DNA from: Thermodesulfobacteriota bacterium
Lineage (GTDB): Bacteria > Desulfobacterota > Desulfobacteria > Desulfobacterales > C00003060
Assembly: GCA_034189385.1 (NCBI GenBank)
Contig: JAXHVD010000010.1
Coordinates: forward strand, 64,001 to 128,000
Length of the DNA stretch: 64,000 bases
Direction of reading: 5' to 3'
Part shown: positions 57,632-64,000 of the stretch, one piece after another
How the letters are laid out: each line of letters starts with the position of its first letter
How positions within the stretch are numbered: the first letter of the stretch is position 1
The notes under the pieces: model-generated
What the model was told of the DNA's origin: nothing
The model's database searches: none
The model's input: only the letters and a program-made list of their open reading frames with translations
Translations under genes and position numbers: made by a program

Positions 57632-59116
57632 ATGAGCTTATCCAAAAAGACAATAGCCGTTTTTTTGTTGATGGTTCTTTGCATCCTTTTTCTCTCCCCT
57701 CTTGCCCTGTCAAAGGAACAAAAGCACTTTGTGCTTCTCCTTAGAATGATGGACAGGCAACACCGCTGGTTTCGTAAGAACATCATCGCCCCCTTTGAAA
57801 AGAACCATGATGTCCATGTGGCTACGGTGCCTTTTGACAGATTCTGGGATCTTGAAGTTATACTAAGGCTTGAACGAGACAGCAGCAACCATGCTACCGG
57901 TCTCGTAAAGGTCCCTCTTGAAATGACAAGACCCTTGAAAGACTTTATGATTCCCTACGATGACCTTATGGGTAAGGAAGAACTGGAGGTCCTGAAATCT
58001 CAATATGACACCAAAGCACTCGCCATGGGCACCATCAGTCAGAAGCTTTACTACATCCCAAGAAAGCTTGAAACGAGGACGATGATCTATCTTAAGTCAA
58101 AGACAGATGAGGCAGTAAAAGGATGGAAGGCCTTTGAAGCACAAATAGATGGAGCCCTTAAAGACGATAATGGCTGCGGGTTGCCCGCCGGATATGATCT
58201 GGAAAAAGATCCCAATCTGTGGGACTACTATGATCTCTTTGTCGTCTCCTATTATTGGGCCCATACACCCTACTACGGCATCAAGATGCCTCGTATGGCC
58301 CATCGGGCCAAGAAATATGGAGGTACCGTGGCCGGGTTGGTGGATCGAATCTACCAGATGGGAGGAAGTCCGAAGGATGTCGTCAACATCTCCGCCTCGC
58401 ACGTGGTGGACATGTTTGTATGGGAGGCTGTGTACAAAAAGCACGGACTCTACCATCCCGGTATGTGGCAAGATCCGTGGAGCGGCGGCGGGATTTGGAA
58501 CGCCATGAAGGACGGCAAAGTGTTCCTTGCCATGATGCACCAGCTAGATTCCTTCTTCATTCATGGGGGCACCCATGCCCACATGCAGGGGTATCTCGCC
58601 AATCCAGACGATATGAGGGTTGCGCTCATGCCCAAAGGAGTGTCCTTTGACCTTGATTCAAAGGGCTCCCCCTTAAGGATAGGCACCAGGAAGGCAGGAA
58701 CGGCAGGTTGGTGGTGGGGTATCCCGAAAACGGCTCCCCACCCGTCACTGTCCGTGGCCCTGGCCAACTGGATAACAAACTACGACAATCATTTGGCCGA
58801 ATGTGAAATCTTCGGCATGATGCCTATCCGGAAGGATATATTGACAAACTTGCAGGAGGCCTTTCCCAGTGGATGGATGGCCCATGTATTTAATGTGTCC
58901 ATGAGGCAGTTAGAAGTCAACGGAAATACCACCATCCCGTTGTTACTAGAGTATCCCGAGATAGGAAGGGTCTATCTGAATGCATGGTATGATATTGTTG
59001 TGGCTGAGGACTATGGAAAAAGAGGAAAAGTGGACAGAGACTATATCAGAAAAAAACTCGACAGAGTCTACGCTCCCCAAGTAAAGGAAGTGCTGGGAAA
59101 CAGATATCCCAAATGA
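57632..59116 (+). CDS. Carbohydrate ABC transporter solute-binding protein
   Basis: Signal peptide, GWWWGIPK; first gene of the ABC operon. Confidence 0.8.
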   Translation: MSLSKKTIAVFLLMVLCILFLSPLALSKEQKHFVLLLRMMDRQHRWFRKNIIAPFEKNHDVHVATVPFDRFWDLEVILRLERDSSNHATGLVKVPLEMTRPLKDFMIPYDDLMGKEELEVLKSQYDTKALAMGTISQKLYYIPRKLETRTMIYLKSKTDEAVKGWKAFEAQIDGALKDDNGCGLPAGYDLEKDPNLWDYYDLFVVSYYWAHTPYYGIKMPRMAHRAKKYGGTVAGLVDRIYQMGGSPKDVVNISASHVVDMFVWEAVYKKHGLYHPGMWQDPWSGGGIWNAMKDGKVFLAMMHQLDSFFIHGGTHAHMQGYLANPDDMRVALMPKGVSFDLDSKGSPLRIGTRKAGTAGWWWGIPKTAPHPSLSVALANWITNYDNHLAECEIFGMMPIRKDILTNLQEAFPSGWMAHVFNVSMRQLEVNGNTTIPLLLEYPEIGRVYLNAWYDIVVAEDYGKRGKVDRDYIRKKLDRVYAPQVKEVLGNRYPK

Positions 59117-60048
59117 CCGCCTATTCGCCCAACCTGCCTACTGTGAGAAACAAAGGGATCATGGTTGCTATAAGAAGAAACATCTTTGGCATGATCATCC
59201 TTGCCCCGGCAGTGTTGTACCTCTCAGGGTTTTTGCTGATTATTCTATTCAAGGTTGTTCAGTTGGCCTTGACCCACACAGGGCCGCAAGGCGACCTTTT
59301 CCCCACCGCTCACCACTTCCTGAGGCTTTCAAATAATCCCGAATTCCAGGGAGCCTTCGCACGCACCGTCTGGTTCACTCTGATCGGCACACCCTTGGAG
59401 CTCATCATAGGAATGGCAGCGGCCTTCCTGGTGGTTGGAGAATTCAAAGGAAGAGGGGTTGTGAGAAGTCTCATGATTCTACCACTGGCTATTCCAAGCA
59501 TCGTTACGGCAATCATGCTCTACATCATCTTTGATTTTCCAGGAGGCCACGTCAATGATCTTCTCATGGGGCGACACGCTTTTTTCCCATTCCAGGTCAT
59601 TTCTCACCCCCTGAACTGGAGGGGGTCTGGCTTTTTTTCCCTTATGGTTGCTATCTTCGGAAAAGTATGGCGGGATATGCCGATCTCCATGCTGATCATT
59701 CTTGCAGGCCTTCAAGCCATAGGCAAAGATCAATATGAGGCCGCAAGAACCTTGGGGGCAAACGCCCTTCAGACCTTTTTCAGGATAACCCTGCCCCTGC
59801 TCACCCCGGCGATGTCAACGGTGCTTGTCTTAAGGTCCATTGAGATCTGGAAAGAATTCATTTTTCCTTTCATATTGGCAGGTAGCTACCCCTTGCTTGC
59901 CACGCTCATAGATCGGGCCTATCATGAATGGAGAAACCCCAACGAGGCCTGTGCCATTGCTTTGATCCTGTTGGTCTTAATCATCATGTCCACGGCATTG
60001 ATCTTTTATGTTCTAAAATGGCTGAGAAGAAGATTGGTAAGGGTATGA
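59113..60048 (+). CDS. Carbohydrate ABC transporter permease (MalF-like)
   Basis: EAA loop YEAARTLGA...FFRITLP. Confidence 0.9.
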   Translation: MTAYSPNLPTVRNKGIMVAIRRNIFGMIILAPAVLYLSGFLLIILFKVVQLALTHTGPQGDLFPTAHHFLRLSNNPEFQGAFARTVWFTLIGTPLELIIGMAAAFLVVGEFKGRGVVRSLMILPLAIPSIVTAIMLYIIFDFPGGHVNDLLMGRHAFFPFQVISHPLNWRGSGFFSLMVAIFGKVWRDMPISMLIILAGLQAIGKDQYEAARTLGANALQTFFRITLPLLTPAMSTVLVLRSIEIWKEFIFPFILAGSYPLLATLIDRAYHEWRNPNEACAIALILLVLIIMSTALIFYVLKWLRRRLVRV

Positions 60049-60896
60049 CATCCATAGGCCTATGGATCGGCGGGATCAGACCCACGAAGGTCATCTGGTT
60101 TGCCGGCATCGTTATGATGCTATTGATGGTACTGGCGCCTGTATTCGTCATGGTCAAGTACTCCATTAGTGACCGCTCCAGCGTGGTGACTGGGGGCCTG
60201 CCCATCCCCTTGTGGCCCTATCATCCCACTGTAGAACAATTCCAAGGCTTAGCTGCCATGGATACCTTTGTCGTATCGGCCTTTACCAGCGTCAAGGTGG
60301 CACTGCTTTCTGCAGTTATCTCCCTGGTCGTGGGGACCCCCGCAGCCTATGCCCTTGTGCGATTCAGATTCCGAGGCATGATGGTCTTGGCAACCCTGCT
60401 CATATCCGCTCGTCTCTTTCCGGACATCGTATCCGTCGTTCCCATCGTAGAGACGTTCATACGATTGAGGTTGGTCAACACCCTGTTGGGGGTAGCCATG
60501 GCCCATGCCCTCCTTTCCATGCCCTATGTGATTTTCATCGCCATGGGGGTCTTCGAAACAATCCCGAGGGATTTGGATGAGCAGGCTCAAGTATTGGGAG
60601 CAAGCAAATGGCACAGCTTCACGAGGGTCATGCTGCCCGTTGCCCTGCCCGGGCTGGCTGCGGCTGCCATTTACGTGTTCCTCCTTTCCTGGGACGAATT
60701 CATCCTTGCTTATTTTCTCCTGGCCTTTGGAAATGTATCAACACTCCCTGTCCTGCTGCAGAAAGTTCTCTCTTGGACACCCCAGCATAATCTGCTGGCC
60801 GCAATCTCGGTCATGCTCTCTGCCCCTGTTATCCTATTTACTTTCATGGTGCAAAAGTATATGCAAACGGGAGCTACTGCCGGAGCAGTGAAATAG
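60045..60896 (+). CDS. Carbohydrate ABC transporter permease (MalG-like)
   Basis: DEQAQVLGA...VMLP, SWDEF, GAVK; ATGA overlap. Confidence 0.9.
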   Translation: MTSIGLWIGGIRPTKVIWFAGIVMMLLMVLAPVFVMVKYSISDRSSVVTGGLPIPLWPYHPTVEQFQGLAAMDTFVVSAFTSVKVALLSAVISLVVGTPAAYALVRFRFRGMMVLATLLISARLFPDIVSVVPIVETFIRLRLVNTLLGVAMAHALLSMPYVIFIAMGVFETIPRDLDEQAQVLGASKWHSFTRVMLPVALPGLAAAAIYVFLLSWDEFILAYFLLAFGNVSTLPVLLQKVLSWTPQHNLLAAISVMLSAPVILFTFMVQKYMQTGATAGAVK

Positions 60897-60910
60897 CTGA
60901 AGGATTTTAC

Positions 60911-62068
60911 ATGGCAACAGTCAAATTGCGCAGTATAAGTAAGGAGTTCGGGGCTTCTGAAGTCATAAGGAATCTCGACCTGGTAGTAGACCATGGTGAA
61001 TTCGTGACTCTGGTAGGACCATCGGGCTGCGGAAAAACAACGGTCCTTAGAATGGTTGCCGGCCTGGAGGTGATTACTTCAGGGCATCTATACATTGGCC
61101 ATGTTCTGGCAAACCACATACCCCCAAGGGACAGAGGCGTTTCCATGGTATTTCAGAGTTATGCTCTCTTTCCCCATATGACGGTATCTGAAAATATCGC
61201 TTTTGGCCTGAAGATCAAAAAGTATGCTCGCAGCGAAATGTTGAAACGCATTGATTGGGCTCTCAACCTGTTAAACCTGCAAGGACTGGAGTCCAGACTG
61301 CCAAGAGATCTCAGTGGCGGCCAGAGACAGCGCGTGGCATTTGCAAGGGCTGTAGTAGTGGAGCCTGAAGTCTTACTGCTCGACGAGCCTCTGAGTAACC
61401 TTGATGCGACATTGAGACTCAAGATGAGGATCGAGCTGAAAAGAATTCATAAGAAACTTGGCGCCACCATTATCTACGTCACACACGACCAGATTGAGGC
61501 CATGAGTCTGAGTGACCGTGTGGCCATCATGCATGAAGGAAAGCTGGCCCAAGTCGGGACACCCAAGGAAGTGTACAATGCCCCGGGCAATGCTTTCGTT
61601 GCAGGGTTTATAGGAAATCCTGCCATGAATTTCTTCAACGGTAAAATTGTACGCAGGGACGGCGGGCTATTTGTCGACCTTGGCAAATTTGAACTATCTA
61701 TACCTGAAAGCCTTTGCAAAAAATGCCAGAGTCACTTGGCCAGGGAAGTTTCTTTGGGGATACGCCCAGAGCACATCTATGACAAAAGGGCTTCCAAGAT
61801 TGAAAGCCTCCCCGGAAACACCATAGAAATGGTTACAGACGTTGTGGAACCATTGGGCGATAGAGATATTGTACAGGTGAACAAAGACGGCATCCATGTC
61901 ACCCTGTTGCTCGACCCAGAGATAGAAACCAAGCCCAACAAGCCTATGACCATTGTATTTGACATGGCAAGGTGCCACATCTTTGACAAGGAAACTGAGA
62001 AGAGTATTATCTGCACCCCTAGTCATGGAAAAACCTTGGAAGAGCCCCTTCTATCCCCCTTGGAGTGA
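60911..62068 (+). CDS. Carbohydrate ABC transporter ATP-binding protein (MalK/UgpC-like)
   Basis: GPSGCGKTT, LSGGQRQR, DEPLSNLD, VTHDQ, TOBE domain. Confidence 0.95.
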   Translation: MATVKLRSISKEFGASEVIRNLDLVVDHGEFVTLVGPSGCGKTTVLRMVAGLEVITSGHLYIGHVLANHIPPRDRGVSMVFQSYALFPHMTVSENIAFGLKIKKYARSEMLKRIDWALNLLNLQGLESRLPRDLSGGQRQRVAFARAVVVEPEVLLLDEPLSNLDATLRLKMRIELKRIHKKLGATIIYVTHDQIEAMSLSDRVAIMHEGKLAQVGTPKEVYNAPGNAFVAGFIGNPAMNFFNGKIVRRDGGLFVDLGKFELSIPESLCKKCQSHLAREVSLGIRPEHIYDKRASKIESLPGNTIEMVTDVVEPLGDRDIVQVNKDGIHVTLLLDPEIETKPNKPMTIVFDMARCHIFDKETEKSIICTPSHGKTLEEPLLSPLE

Positions 62069-63880
62069 TTAGGCTTGGTGATCAGCTTCAAGGAGCACCT
62101 TCAGTTGCGCCCCTTCTATGTTTTCTTCTTTTAGAACAAGGGCAGCGCCCTCATCCAATACCTTCTTGTGCTTTGTGAGGATGCCTTTGGCCACCTGATA
62201 CTGGCCGTCCAAGATGGCCTTAATCTCTCCGTCAATGACCTGGGCCGTCTGCTCGCTATAGTCCTTCTCAGAAGGCATGCCGAAGTTGGCAAACTGTCCT
62301 TGCCGCTCTTTCTCAAAATAGATGTGACCCAGCTCTTTGCTCATGCCGTATTGCTTGACCATGCTCCGTGCAATGTCCGTGGCCCGGGAAAGGTCATTGT
62401 GGGCCCCGGTGGAAATATCCTGAAACTGGATCTCTTCGGCGGCCCGGCCGCCTAAGGCAACGGCAATCTTATTGAGCAACTCACTTCTGCTCATCAAGAA
62501 GCGGTCTTCTGTGGGCACCTGGAGCGTATAGCCCAAGGCTGCGACTCCCCTCGGCACAATGGAGATCTTTCGCACAGGATCGGCACCCGGCAAAGAAAGG
62601 GCCACCAGAGCATGACCCACCTCATGGTATGCCACAATCTCTCTCTCCTTTTCATTGATGAGGCGGTTCTTCTTCTCCAGCCCTGCCACGATCCGCTCAA
62701 CTGCCGCCTCAAACTCGGCCATCCCCACCTGATCCTTATTGTGACGGACAGCAAGCAGGGCTGCCTCGTTCACGAGGTTGGCCAAGTCGGCCCCCACAAA
62801 TCCAGGGGTCATACCGGCAATAGTGCCTACATCCACATCCTTGGCTACCGTGATCCCTTTCATGTGAACCTTTAAAATCTCTTCCCGGCCCTTCTTATCT
62901 GGTCTATCGACCAGAATATGTCTGTCAAACCGACCTGGGCGCAGCAGCGCGGGGTCCAGGATCTCAGGTCTGTTGGTGGCTGCCATAAGGATGACGCCCA
63001 GGGTTGGGTCAAAACCGTCCATTTCAACGAGAAGCTGATTCAAGGTCTGTTCTCTCTCGTCGTGCCCCCCTGTCACGCCAATACCTCGCGCCTTGCCCAG
63101 GGCATCAAGTTCGTCAACGAATATGATACATGGGGCCTTTTCCTTGGCCTGTGCGAAAAGATCACGCACACGGGCAGCCCCCATCCCCACGAAGAGCTCC
63201 ACAAACTCTGATCCGCTCATACTGAAAAAGGGCACACCGCTTTCACCAGCCACAGCCTGTGCCAACAGAGTCTTCCCCGTCCCCGGAGGTCCCACCAGTA
63301 AGATCCCCTTGGGCAGCTTTCCGCCAAGCCTTGTGAACTTTTCGGGCGACTTGAGAAATTCCACCACCTCAATGAGTTCTTCCTTAGACTCATCCACACC
63401 GGCTGCATCGTCAAAAGTCACGCCCACCTCGTCTTCCATGTAGACCCTAGCCTTCTTCTTGCCCAAGGTCAGGAAGCTGCCTTGCTGTGCAGCAAATCGG
63501 CGCATCATGAAATACCAGATTCCGAAAAAAAGAAGCAGTGGCAATATCCATGACGCAAGGTTCTTTAAGAAATTGCTTTCAATGACTCCCTTGAATGCCA
63601 CATTGTACTTTTCCAAAAGCTCCGATAGATCCGGGTCAACCCGCACGGTAGTAAAAGCCTTTTCCACTTCTTGGCCATTTTCAGCCACTTTCATCTTGCC
63701 CTGGAGCCGATCCTGTGTGATGGCTACCTCCGTTATCCTTCCTTCTTGAAGGGCCCTGACAAACTCACTGTAGGGCACGCGCTCTATGGCAAACATCTGA
63801 ATGATCAGATTATGGAGGATCAGAACCACCCAAACAGCAATAAGCACATACCAGACGGAAAACTTGTGTTGTTTTTCCAT
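62069..63880 (-). CDS. ftsH: ATP-dependent zinc metalloprotease FtsH
   Basis: [26 protein letters not shown]. Confidence 0.97.
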   Translation of the reverse strand: MEKQHKFSVWYVLIAVWVVLILHNLIIQMFAIERVPYSEFVRALQEGRITEVAITQDRLQGKMKVAENGQEVEKAFTTVRVDPDLSELLEKYNVAFKGVIESNFLKNLASWILPLLLFFGIWYFMMRRFAAQQGSFLTLGKKKARVYMEDEVGVTFDDAAGVDESKEELIEVVEFLKSPEKFTRLGGKLPKGILLVGPPGTGKTLLAQAVAGESGVPFFSMSGSEFVELFVGMGAARVRDLFAQAKEKAPCIIFVDELDALGKARGIGVTGGHDEREQTLNQLLVEMDGFDPTLGVILMAATNRPEILDPALLRPGRFDRHILVDRPDKKGREEILKVHMKGITVAKDVDVGTIAGMTPGFVGADLANLVNEAALLAVRHNKDQVGMAEFEAAVERIVAGLEKKNRLINEKEREIVAYHEVGHALVALSLPGADPVRKISIVPRGVAALGYTLQVPTEDRFLMSRSELLNKIAVALGGRAAEEIQFQDISTGAHNDLSRATDIARSMVKQYGMSKELGHIYFEKERQGQFANFGMPSEKDYSEQTAQVIDGEIKAILDGQYQVAKGILTKHKKVLDEGAALVLKEENIEGAQLKVLLEADHQA

Positions 63881-63904
63881 GGTCTACTCCTTAAGCGTCA
63901 AGTC

Positions 63905-64000
63905 CTAAGAAACCGTCTCAGCGTCCATAAGGCTCAAGGCCTCTTTGGCCAAATCACCCAGGGAACGAGAGAGCAATCTGCCGTCGAGATAGATCGAAAT
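63905..64000 (-). CDS. 3' end of an unidentified gene (partial)
   Basis: Open frame ISIYLDGRLLSRSLGDLAKEALSLMDAETVS* ends just upstream of the ftsH RBS. Confidence 0.4.
   Translation of the reverse strand: MSIYLDGRLLSRSLGDLAKEALSLMDAETVS

Noticed and set aside
1..64000. CRISPR arrays, tRNA/rRNA genes, transposases, prophage genes
   Set aside because: None recognised by eye; the repeats are dispersed hairpins, not regularly spaced arrays.

Overview
Gene-dense chromosomal window from a bacterium that looks like a Desulfobacterota/deltaproteobacterial anaerobe (inferred from gene content and repeat families). In order it holds: a SidJ-related pseudokinase, queuosine salvage hydrolase (QNG1-like) and tgt; sirC-ccsA-hemA, fabD, ModE/MoeA; a large arsenic-resistance cluster; a minus-strand alpha-glucan gene run; a His-rich peptide with cooT; larE-ycaO(TPR)-TIGR02757; signalling genes; folE2, split purH, folC, an AcsC/HgcA-like protein, a sugar ABC transporter and ftsH. 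The standout is the first gene of the glucan run: a full-length, plant-type alpha-glucan water dikinase (GWD) with two tandem CBM45-like modules. It overlaps a metal-dependent TIM-barrel gene and is followed by GH13, DUF4912, GH57 branching enzyme, GlgA and a second GH57, suggesting a bacterial glucan-phosphorylation system. Other leads are a ~95-nt hairpin found in the same orientation upstream of both tgt and folE2, a sulfur transferase-YcaO operon, a secreted protein resembling archaeal sheath proteins, and several MITE-like hairpins, two with target-site duplications. No rRNA, tRNA, CRISPR array or transposase was seen. All calls are motif recognition by eye; no searches were run.
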